A program made the translations under genes and the position numbers. The notes beneath the pieces were generated by a model that had not been told where the DNA came from, ran no database searches, and saw only the letters and a program-made list of their open reading frames with translations. DNA of 64,000 nt from Lentisphaerota bacterium (GTDB lineage: Bacteria; Verrucomicrobiota; Lentisphaeria; Victivallales; UBA1829). Within the stretch, counting starts at the first letter, position 1. Each line of letters begins with the position of its first letter. The DNA is taken from contig SUVR01000001.1 in NCBI GenBank assembly GCA_015061915.1, positions 156,991-220,990 of the forward strand, read 5' to 3'. This document shows positions 44,528 through 53,000 of this stretch, piece by piece.

Positions 44528-45396
44528 TGTCTGCTGATCAGGATCTGTTTTTGATAAGTTTCCAGTTTTTCCGGCGGGAACATTGCCGCAAGAACACGAT
44601 CCTTCCCGATGGCTCTTGCCTCCGCAAGGGAGCCGAGAACAAATGCCTTTGCCGCAACGACTGCCTGCAGAGCGTTTTCCCCTTTCGCCAGAAAAGCGGC
44701 AAGGGCAGCACTGAACGTGCAGCCGGTTCCGTGAGTAGAGCCCGGCGGAAGATGGAGTCGGGCTGCAGCAAGCGTGCAGTGCATTCCGTCTGAACAGACG
44801 ATATCTTCCGCCATCCGGTCGCTTTCCGCGTGACCGCCCTTGAGAATGACACCGGTCTGCCAGCGGTCGGCGATCTTTTCAGCCGCAGCCGTTGCATCGG
44901 AGGAGGAACGGATCTTCATTCCGGCGAGAAGTTCTGCTTCGGGAATATTGGGGGTGATCCAGGTTGCGAGCGGAAGAAAATCGGACATCATTGCTTCCAA
45001 TGCTTCATCCTGCATCAATTTTGTTCCGCTGGTGGAGATCATCACCGGATCGACCACCAGAGGCAGTTTCACCGGCTTCAGACATTCTGCGACCCGTTGG
45101 ATGATCCCCGCAGAAAAGAGCATTCCTGTCTTGATCGCCCGGATGTCGATAACATCCAGCACGGACCGGATCTGTTCTGCCACGGCATCCGGGGGCAGGG
45201 CATCCACCCGTGCAACCGCAGTGGGATTCTGGCTTGTTACCGCAGTGATCGCAGACGTGCCGAACACGCCGTTTGCGGAAAAAGTACGCAGATCCGCCTG
45301 GATCCCGGCTCCACCGCCGCTGTCGCTGCCGGCAATGGTCAGCGCAACGGGGATCCTTTCCGGATTCCGGGTTGTATTGCGGTTTTGCAGTTCCAT
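44524..45396 (-). CDS. thiD: Hydroxymethylpyrimidine/phosphomethylpyrimidine kinase
   Basis: The motifs ALTIAGSDSGGGAGIQADL and HGTGCTFSAALAA are present. The start is the ATG at 45396 with an AGAGGA Shine-Dalgarno; the listed TTG at 45429 is less likely. Confidence 0.9.
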   Translation of the reverse strand: MELQNRNTTRNPERIPVALTIAGSDSGGGAGIQADLRTFSANGVFGTSAITAVTSQNPTAVARVDALPPDAVAEQIRSVLDVIDIRAIKTGMLFSAGIIQRVAECLKPVKLPLVVDPVMISTSGTKLMQDEALEAMMSDFLPLATWITPNIPEAELLAGMKIRSSSDATAAAEKIADRWQTGVILKGGHAESDRMAEDIVCSDGMHCTLAAARLHLPPGSTHGTGCTFSAALAAFLAKGENALQAVVAAKAFVLGSLAEARAIGKDRVLAAMFPPEKLETYQKQILISRQ

Positions 45397-45406
45397 AGAG
45401 TTCCTC

Positions 45407-46516
45407 TTACTTTTCCGGTACGGTTTCAAAAATATTGATCAGGTTGGGACGCAAAACAAAGATCTGTCCGCCAAAAAGTTTCTTCTCCCGTTCCAGTTCT
45501 GCCTGATACTGTTTCTTGCGTTTGGCAAGTGCGTCATCCGTTTCCTGCTGCATACGGAATGTGAATTCGGGATCGTATGCGGGTGTGAGACGACCGAGCC
45601 GTTTCCATTCATCAAAGGGATCGTTCTGCATCTCCAGCGAATAGGAAAAACCGTTCGCATAAATGATGTCCAGGCGTGAATCCGGTTTGAATTCAACATT
45701 TTCTGCTGCCACATCCCGGGAAAGCGGCGCTTGAGTCAGGAAGCCGAGCTTCTGCTGCATCTCTTTGATGTTCAATTTTTTATCTTTCGGAATCGTCAGC
45801 TTGTACTGGTTTCCCTCCGGACGGACCTCCCAGAGGATCTTTTTGTTTGCCAGATCGGTATAACGGATGAGGATCGGCATCCCCATATTCGGACAGGTGA
45901 CCGGATTTGCCCAGAATGCAGAAAGCGGGATCGTATCCAGCATCGGTCGGGACATCAGAAAATAATGGGGCTTCCCCGCCAGCATAAGGCGGACATATCT
46001 GCCGTCCGGGATATTGGTGCGGTATCTGCCGATCTGCTCGCCCACGCTGTAATGAACTCTGCCCAACAGCAGATTACGGATCTCTTCGCCGTTTTTGCCG
46101 CGCAGAATCACCCGGCATCCGATGGTTTTTCCGCCGTTTGCCCCGGAAAGCGCCAGGGCTTCCGCTTCTGTTTCTGAATCAATGGAAAGTTCCCGGAGCA
46201 GTTTGGCTCTGGAAATGTCTTCCAGCAGAAGCAGGACTTTTGCCGGATCTGCAATGACGACCGGTTTGCCATTGGTATGCAGGTTCCAGACATCACTGCC
46301 CCGGACCAGTTTTGCAACGTGCTTGCCGTAGATCAGTTCGATCTCCGTCACATCCTGCACCTGAAAGTCCGGCAGGGATTCGATCGCCTTTACCGGCAGC
46401 ACTTCCATACTGCGGTTTTCCCGGCAGCTGCGGGCAAGGATCAGGATCAATGCCGCACACAGGATCAGGATCAATGCAACAAAATAAAAACGGAATTTGA
46501 GGAACAGCTCTTTCAT
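45407..46516 (-). CDS. DUF4340-like accessory protein of the GldG-type ABC system
   Basis: The start is the ATG at 46516, with an AAGGGAGG Shine-Dalgarno and an ATGA overlap with the upstream stop. An N-terminal TM anchor is present. The family call is from memory and from the usual position after GldG. Confidence 0.6.
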   Translation of the reverse strand: MKELFLKFRFYFVALILILCAALILILARSCRENRSMEVLPVKAIESLPDFQVQDVTEIELIYGKHVAKLVRGSDVWNLHTNGKPVVIADPAKVLLLLEDISRAKLLRELSIDSETEAEALALSGANGGKTIGCRVILRGKNGEEIRNLLLGRVHYSVGEQIGRYRTNIPDGRYVRLMLAGKPHYFLMSRPMLDTIPLSAFWANPVTCPNMGMPILIRYTDLANKKILWEVRPEGNQYKLTIPKDKKLNIKEMQQKLGFLTQAPLSRDVAAENVEFKPDSRLDIIYANGFSYSLEMQNDPFDEWKRLGRLTPAYDPEFTFRMQQETDDALAKRKKQYQAELEREKKLFGGQIFVLRPNLINIFETVPEK

Positions 46517-49215
46517 GCCCGACCTCCCTTTCTGCAAAATTTCCGGCAGATTTTCCGGAGCGGTTTTTTCATACTGCGGAACAGGGCAAGCAGAAGTCCG
46601 AAGAGAAGGACCGCCGCCGGGATCAGCACAATATTGATCAGTTTCGCTCTGCTGGTGATCGCCTGAAGACGCTCTTTCAGCTTGCTGTTGCTCGCCTGCA
46701 GTTCCCGTTTGAACTCTTCATCGCGCCGGAGCTGGTCACCCAGAATGATCTTTTCCTGTTCGGAAAGAACGGCACTGTTGCCAAGACGCACAACTTTCTG
46801 GCGGATCCGTTCCGCCTGACGGTTGAATTCCTGATAGGAACGCGCCAGCGTGTTGATCCGTTCCGTATATTCCGATTCGATCTTTGCCCGCTCTTCCTGA
46901 AGTTTTGTCAGGGGGCGGGACATCTTTTTACGGGTGCGCAGCTGCGCCAGACGGCTTTCCCCTGCCAGATGTTCCAACACATTCAGCAACAGCGTCATGT
47001 TATCATTGTTGCCGACTTCCCGGTGCTGATTGTTGGCATCCAGTTCGGTCCGGTAGAGAGCATCCTTGAACAGCATATCGCTATCCGCAAAGAGAACGAT
47101 CTCCGGATCACCGGCAGAGGTCTGACGATGGTCTTTTTTCGCCATACCGAAAGAAGCAGGAACCGTTTTGAAAGCGCTGGGGAACGAGCCGGAGAGGTGC
47201 AGCACCAGAGGCAGTTTTTCCGGAAGACCTTTTTTATAGTCTGCTTCCGCTCCCGGCGTACTGAACAGACGGAAAACTTCTTCATCGCTCAATTTTTTGT
47301 CAAACATACCGGAGTTGGCGGAGGTGCTGACCAGCGGCGTATACTTGATCCCGGACTTTTTCTCCCGGATGATCAGGGCACCGGGGTGATAAAGATGAAT
47401 CTCGGAGATCTGCCCGCCGGTCATCGGTGTTTCCGGATTGATCCCGTCTGCCGGGATGCTCAAAAGCCGGGGCAGGACCCGCATCTGTCCGTCCAGCGCC
47501 TTGGGAACAAATTTATAGTCCATATCGGCGGCGGACCGTTCCGGATCGAACTGCACGCCCCAGGCATTGGTGAGCAGTGCCAGATCGGAACTGAGCCGTT
47601 CCAGCCGTTCCGTGGGCGTTCCGGAAAGATTGTGTATGAGACGCGGATCGATGAAGGCGACAACTTTCCCGCCTTTCATAATGTACTGGTCAATGGCGTA
47701 AAGCGTATCCTCCGGAATTTTGGAAGGATGATAGATCAGCAGAACATCCACATTCTCCGGAATGGGATTTTTTGTTTGGAAATCCAGCTTCAGCAGATCA
47801 TAGTCGCCGGAAAGTTCCTGTGCGAAACGCATCAGACCGCTGTTGTTTTTGTCGGCAGGGTCCGGCAGGACCGGCAGGGGGCTGAGGATCCCGATCTGCT
47901 GTTTCCGGTCCCGGACCACACTGCGCATAGCACGGACGATCTCATATTCCAGCAGGTCTTCCCGTTCCGGGATCAAGTTGTTCAACGGAAGCACATTAGC
48001 ACCACTGGAGACGGTGATCCCCAGATAGAAACGTTCGCCGGTCTCCTGCTTTACCAAAGGCTGCAGCCCGTCCATCCTCGCCAGTTCTTCATCGTTGGAC
48101 CACTGCTCCAGCGGGATGATCGAGAGACGGATCTTTCCGCCGGAATTTTTTGCCATATCCCGGAGCAGCCATTCCACCCGTTTCGCATACTGTTCCAACA
48201 GGCGGAACCGTTCTTCCTCGGACTTTGAAACATACAGCCGGATCTCTACGGTTTTCCGGAGATTGGAGACCATTTCTCTGGTGAACGGAGTAAGAGAGTA
48301 TGCCTTGTCCGCCGTAAGGTCAAACCGTCTGGAGAAGGTTTCAGCGGCATCGATCAGACAGAAATACAGCCAAAGTGCGGTAAGGACACCCACGGTCAGC
48401 CGGGCGATCTGCTTCCACGTGTACCGGTCTGCCAGAGCGCCGGGGAGGAATAGTCCGCCGATCCCGGAAGTGGAGAAACGCAGCGCAGCCGCAGTCAGAT
48501 AGAGAAAAAGTCCGGTGGTCAGGAGTGCATAAGCGATTTCCACGGTATCCAGCAGACCGCGCTGGAACGCCTGATAATGGGGCAGAATGGAAAATTTTTC
48601 GATTCCTGCGCAAAGCCATTGAGGCAGATAGAGCGCGGTGTAGTTGGAAATATTATCCGATCCGGAAAGCAGGATCAGTCCGCAAAGCAGAACGGAGAAA
48701 AGGAAGCTGGCTGTCTGACTTTTCGTCAGTGCGGAACAGAAACAGGAGACTGCCAGAAAGATCGTGCCCGCCATAAATGCACCCACGTAACCGCAAAGGA
48801 TCGCATTGAAGTCCGGTTCGCCGAGACATTCCACCGTGATGGGGGTGCCGATCGTGAACAGAAGTGCCAGCAGCAGAACAGTCAGACCAGCCAGAAATTT
48901 ACCGACAACCAGTTCCGGAATGGATACCGGATAGGACAGGGAAAGTTCCAAAGTTCCGATCCGGCGTTCTTCCGACCAGAGGGGCATGGCGAGCGCAGGA
49001 ACCACAAAAAGGAACAGCCAGGGCATCCAGTGGAAGAACGGAGTCAGATCCGCCTGACCGGTCGCCAGGATGTCACTGAGCATAAAAGTGAAAAATCCGG
49101 AAAGAAGCAGGAACATGGCGATAAAGATCCACGCCGCTACCGTGCCGGTCAGTGCGGAGAATTCCCTGCGGAAAACGGCAAGGATCCTGCCGGGAGAGTA
49201 ATCAGTCATCATCAT
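46513..49215 (-). CDS. Fusion of an ABC-2 permease and a GldG-like protein (900 aa)
   Basis: The N-terminal 250 or so residues are a polytopic ABC-2-type permease. A large extracytoplasmic GldG-like region follows, then a C-terminal coiled coil and a TM helix. Confidence 0.7.
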   Translation of the reverse strand: MMMTDYSPGRILAVFRREFSALTGTVAAWIFIAMFLLLSGFFTFMLSDILATGQADLTPFFHWMPWLFLFVVPALAMPLWSEERRIGTLELSLSYPVSIPELVVGKFLAGLTVLLLALLFTIGTPITVECLGEPDFNAILCGYVGAFMAGTIFLAVSCFCSALTKSQTASFLFSVLLCGLILLSGSDNISNYTALYLPQWLCAGIEKFSILPHYQAFQRGLLDTVEIAYALLTTGLFLYLTAAALRFSTSGIGGLFLPGALADRYTWKQIARLTVGVLTALWLYFCLIDAAETFSRRFDLTADKAYSLTPFTREMVSNLRKTVEIRLYVSKSEEERFRLLEQYAKRVEWLLRDMAKNSGGKIRLSIIPLEQWSNDEELARMDGLQPLVKQETGERFYLGITVSSGANVLPLNNLIPEREDLLEYEIVRAMRSVVRDRKQQIGILSPLPVLPDPADKNNSGLMRFAQELSGDYDLLKLDFQTKNPIPENVDVLLIYHPSKIPEDTLYAIDQYIMKGGKVVAFIDPRLIHNLSGTPTERLERLSSDLALLTNAWGVQFDPERSAADMDYKFVPKALDGQMRVLPRLLSIPADGINPETPMTGGQISEIHLYHPGALIIREKKSGIKYTPLVSTSANSGMFDKKLSDEEVFRLFSTPGAEADYKKGLPEKLPLVLHLSGSFPSAFKTVPASFGMAKKDHRQTSAGDPEIVLFADSDMLFKDALYRTELDANNQHREVGNNDNMTLLLNVLEHLAGESRLAQLRTRKKMSRPLTKLQEERAKIESEYTERINTLARSYQEFNRQAERIRQKVVRLGNSAVLSEQEKIILGDQLRRDEEFKRELQASNSKLKERLQAITSRAKLINIVLIPAAVLLFGLLLALFRSMKKPLRKICRKFCRKGGRA

Positions 49216-50188
49216 TTTCTCCTTCCTCTGTTTCTGCCGGAGCCGGAGTTTCTGCCGCAGACTGCGTTTTTACCTCTTTCTGCTGTCTTGTCAGATAAGC
49301 AAAAACATCGTCCAGCGATGCTGCGCAATCCACGGAGTTCCATTCCGTGATCCCCGCCTGTTCCAGCGATTGTGCCAATGCCGGAATCAGTGCCAGATCT
49401 GCAGGCAGAACGATCCGTTCGCCATCCAGACGGCAGCTGCCGGGGAATGTATTTTGCAGGATCTCTGCCGCCGCTTGGAGCTGCTCCGGCGGAAAGGAAA
49501 ATGCGGCACACTTCAACTGATCTTCGAGCGCAGTGAAATCGCCGGTCGATCCCTGAAATGCGATTTTTCCTCCCGCAAGCAGCAGAACTTTGGTGCAGAC
49601 GGAACGAACTTCCTCCAGAATATGGGTGGAGATGATGATAGCCGTGTTTTTGCTCAGGGTCTGGATCAGATTGCGGATCTCCCGTTTCTGATTGGGGTCC
49701 AGACCATCCGTCGGTTCGTCCAGCAGCAGGACCTGCGGTTTGTGAATGATCGCCTGGGCAAAGCAGACACGCCGTTTATAGCCTTTGGACAGGGATTCGA
49801 TCTCCTGATCCAGTACATCTTCCAGCGCACAGTTCCTGACGGCATCCAGAACCGCCTGTTTCCGTTTGAAGAAAGAGATCCCCCGCATGGCTGCCACATA
49901 TTTGAGGAATGCCCGGACCGTCATATTCGGCGGCAGCGGAGCATTTTCCGGCAGATAGCCGATCCGTTTTTTTGCATCACGGGGCGAACGGGAAATATCA
50001 ATGCCGTCGATCAGGATCTTTCCTTCATAAACCGGCAGAACACCACTGACCATTTTGATCGTGGTGGACTTTCCGGCACCGTTCGGTCCGATGAAGCCGA
50101 GGACATCGCCTGTCCGGACCTGCAGGGAAAGATCGGAAACGACTTCCCGCTCGCCATATTTTTTTTTCAGATTTTCGATTTTGATCAT
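49202..50188 (-). CDS. ABC transporter ATP-binding protein (GldA-like)
   Basis: The start is the ATG at 50188, which forms an ATGA overlap. Walker A is GPNGAGKST, the signature is LSKGYKRR and Walker B is LLLDEPT. Confidence 0.9.
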   Translation of the reverse strand: MIKIENLKKKYGEREVVSDLSLQVRTGDVLGFIGPNGAGKSTTIKMVSGVLPVYEGKILIDGIDISRSPRDAKKRIGYLPENAPLPPNMTVRAFLKYVAAMRGISFFKRKQAVLDAVRNCALEDVLDQEIESLSKGYKRRVCFAQAIIHKPQVLLLDEPTDGLDPNQKREIRNLIQTLSKNTAIIISTHILEEVRSVCTKVLLLAGGKIAFQGSTGDFTALEDQLKCAAFSFPPEQLQAAAEILQNTFPGSCRLDGERIVLPADLALIPALAQSLEQAGITEWNSVDCAASLDDVFAYLTRQQKEVKTQSAAETPAPAETEEGENDDD

Positions 50189-51177
50189 ACTCTTGAGTCC
50201 TTTGCCAGTTCCGTACATTGAAAAGTGACTCCTGCCCAGATTACCCAGATCATTCCGTAAACCACTACATAGAGAGTCATCCAGCCTACATAAGATGCGG
50301 GAACTGCTGTTTCATTGGAAAGGGGATATGCCATCCAGAAAAGCTGCCAGTTCGGGAGCAGAGAGCTGAGCAATCCGCCCCAGAACGACCCGGCGCCGAA
50401 CACTGATTTGATCCACTGTCCTGCCACCAGTCCGACGAGGAACAGTGCCGAACAGAATACCAGATTGCTTGCAAACGAAAAATGCAGCGCCATCGCAGTG
50501 GAGATCATCCCCATCAGAACGATCGCCAGAAGCAGAAGAAGCATGGACGGCAGGATCGTTGTGAAGTGGACAAAGGTCAGCCCTGCAGAAGCGTGGGCAT
50601 CCAGGGAGCCGATCCGGTTCAGCAGAATGTGATAGAAAATCAGATAGAACAGCGGCATTGCCAGCAGCAGGGCAAGAATGGCGTTTTCTGTGAACGATGC
50701 ACCGGAAAAATAGTTTCTGACCGCTCCGAATACACAACAGACCGCACAGACACCGAAGAATGTGAGCAATACTTTCGAGTCAAAAAGATACGGGCTGATG
50801 GAGGCAAGAGACATAATCATGACCGCTGTACAGCAGATCACCGAAAAAACGATCATCCCGCCTGCGATCCCCGCCACTTTCGCCAGCAGAAATGTAAACC
50901 GGGAGACCGGTTTTGACAGCAGCAGGAGCAGCGTGCCGTTTTTCATTTCCCGCTGAACACAGGAGTTTGTACAGATCACCGCAGCGGCAAAACCCAGAAA
51001 CAGGGCAGCCGCCATACTGCTTTCCAGAACGGTCCAGATCTGCCGGTGAAATGCAAAAAATGTGAACAGCGGAAAAGAAAGGATCAGCATGAGTGCGCTT
51101 GCCAGGATCAGGAAAAAGACCGGCTCCCGCAGGCACTCACGGAATGTATTTCGTGTCAGAGAAAAGAATACAGACAC
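50185..51177 (-). CDS. ABC-2-type permease-like membrane protein
   Basis: This 330-aa polytopic protein sits immediately upstream of the ATPase gene and is translationally coupled to it. Confidence 0.6.
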   Translation of the reverse strand: MSVFFSLTRNTFRECLREPVFFLILASALMLILSFPLFTFFAFHRQIWTVLESSMAAALFLGFAAAVICTNSCVQREMKNGTLLLLLSKPVSRFTFLLAKVAGIAGGMIVFSVICCTAVMIMSLASISPYLFDSKVLLTFFGVCAVCCVFGAVRNYFSGASFTENAILALLLAMPLFYLIFYHILLNRIGSLDAHASAGLTFVHFTTILPSMLLLLLAIVLMGMISTAMALHFSFASNLVFCSALFLVGLVAGQWIKSVFGAGSFWGGLLSSLLPNWQLFWMAYPLSNETAVPASYVGWMTLYVVVYGMIWVIWAGVTFQCTELAKDSRV

Positions 51178-51201
51178 AGGATCGACCGCAACAATTCAGA
51201 T

Positions 51202-51972
51202 TCAGTTTGCTTCGGCTTCGATCACTTCAGACTTCAGCTGACGCGCCTTTTCAATGGCGGCGGCTTTTTCCAGTTCCGCCTTTTTATAAGCAGCACGTTT
51301 CTGTTCCAGATCTGCTTTGCGGGCAGCTTCATACTTCAGATAGGCATCAAAGATCTTGCCGGAGTTCAGCACATTGGAGAGCTTCACAGCATTGACCTGC
51401 CAGTCAGCATCGGCGATCACCACTTTCCGGGAGGTCTTCGGAATCGCCAGCGAGTAGAATGCCGGCACATACTCCGTATTGCCGAGAATGATCACATCTC
51501 TTGCACGCAGATAGGCAAGGAGTTTGGAAAGATCTTTGGCTTTCAGGGAGACCGCTTTGGTTGCTTTCGGAGCCATAAAGACCAGTTCCGCTTCCGGATC
51601 TTTGGCATTGCTCAGGATCATAATGTACGGGATATTCAGGTCGCGGCGGGCGGTCTGCGCAAATACCCGGGGCATTTCATAGTCAGCCGTAATGATCACC
51701 GTGGGGATCAGCTTGCTCTGCTTGTATTTTACCGGTTTTTCCGGCGCTTTATTGTTTTCTGCCACTTCCTGTTTTTTCGCAATTTTTGCATCCACCTGTG
51801 CCACGCTCGGATCGGCAGATTTCGGCTGGACTTCTGCTTTTGCAACCGTTTCCTGCTTGACCGGGACCGGAACTTCCGGGGTGTCATCCGTCACAGGTTT
51901 GAGGTTTTGGGCGGAAAGGGTCATGCCGAGCGTGAGAAGAGCGGCGCCGATAAGGTGTTTTGTGCAGTTCAT
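51202..51972 (-). CDS. Secreted hypothetical protein; first gene of the long minus-strand operon
   Basis: The signal peptide is MNCTKHLIGAALLTLGMTLSA-QN. The composition looks natural, unlike the opposite-strand ORF. I recognise no family. Confidence 0.65.
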   Translation of the reverse strand: MNCTKHLIGAALLTLGMTLSAQNLKPVTDDTPEVPVPVKQETVAKAEVQPKSADPSVAQVDAKIAKKQEVAENNKAPEKPVKYKQSKLIPTVIITADYEMPRVFAQTARRDLNIPYIMILSNAKDPEAELVFMAPKATKAVSLKAKDLSKLLAYLRARDVIILGNTEYVPAFYSLAIPKTSRKVVIADADWQVNAVKLSNVLNSGKIFDAYLKYEAARKADLEQKRAAYKKAELEKAAAIEKARQLKSEVIEAEAN

Positions 51973-52072
51973 GAGATCATTCTCCTTTGCAATGTTACTT
52001 ATGTTCTGTTCTTATTTATCTTCCATTTTATTCTCCCGACGGGCGAATTTGGAAAAATTTTCCTTTTTCCGC

Positions 52073-52101
52073 TTGCCGAAACGGGAAATCCTATATATAT
52101 T
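52073..52101 (+). promoter_or_regulatory. Candidate promoter of the 52125..56163 operon
   Basis: TTGCCG (52073-52078), a 17-nt spacer, then TATATT (52096-52101). Confidence 0.4.
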
Positions 52102-52124
52102 ATAACAAAACTTGAAAAAATCAA

Positions 52125-53000
52125 ATGAAAGCTGTAAAAATGATTCAGAATTTTCTGAAAAAAAATAGTTCTGCCCTGTCCGCCGCTGTTTTTCTCAGTG
52201 GATCCGGCACCAATGCGGAGAAGATCCTCGCCCGCAATGCAAAAAATCCTCACGCCCTCTGGCTTCCTTCCGTGATTGTGACGGAACGGCCCGGATGCGA
52301 TGCGGCAAAGCGGTTTGCTGAAACATACAATGTCCCGCTGGTCGTCCATGATCTGGTGGCATTTTACAAGGCGCATGGACTGGAAAAGACCGGCTGTGCC
52401 ACCGAAGAAGGTCGTGCCGTCCGGAAACTTTGGACCGATGCCCTCCGGGAAATGCTGAAACCCTATCCTATTGATTTTGCCATCTTTGCGGGATTTGTTC
52501 CACTGACGGACATCGTGGAGGACTTCCCCTGTCTCAATATTCATCCCGGCGACCTGACCGTGTTGGATGAAAACGGGGAACGCCTGCTGGTTGGACTCCA
52601 TGCCATCCCCGTCGAAATGGCGCTTATGAAACATCTGCCGTACCTGCGCAGCAGCGTGATCGTGCTGGAAAGTTTCCGCAGTACCGGCGTGGATGGTGGG
52701 GCTCTCCTGGGCGTTTCCGCTCCCGTTCCCATCGACTGGACCGATGAGATGCGCCGGACCGTGGATGCCGCCGCTGCCGCCCGGATCGGAAAAAAACGCG
52801 CAGAATACAAAAATGATGCTCTCGGGCAGATCGCTGCCGAATATCTGGAAAAACTGAAAGTCAATGGCGACTGGGTCGTTTTTCCGCAGGTGGTGGACGA
52901 TTTTGCAGCAGGACATTTTGCCTACGACCGGGAGACCGGTACCGTTCATTATGACGGCGTCCCTGCGACCGGACGCGAATATACAGCGGAGACCTTGTAA
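52125..53000 (+). CDS. Formyltransferase-fold protein (PurN-like) with insertions and a C-terminal extension
   Basis: The segments FLSGSGTNAEKIL, FAGFVPL and NIHPGDL resemble the PurN motifs ISG.GSN, LAGFM and NIHPSLL. At 291 aa it is clearly longer than a typical PurN. Confidence 0.6.
   Translation: MKAVKMIQNFLKKNSSALSAAVFLSGSGTNAEKILARNAKNPHALWLPSVIVTERPGCDAAKRFAETYNVPLVVHDLVAFYKAHGLEKTGCATEEGRAVRKLWTDALREMLKPYPIDFAIFAGFVPLTDIVEDFPCLNIHPGDLTVLDENGERLLVGLHAIPVEMALMKHLPYLRSSVIVLESFRSTGVDGGALLGVSAPVPIDWTDEMRRTVDAAAAARIGKKRAEYKNDALGQIAAEYLEKLKVNGDWVVFPQVVDDFAAGHFAYDRETGTVHYDGVPATGREYTAETL

Noticed and set aside
44524-45500. TPP riboswitch expected near thiD
   Set aside because: thiD is embedded in an operon, with a 10-nt gap to the upstream gene. 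There is no room for a leader, and I saw no CTGAGA...ACCTGA-type motif.
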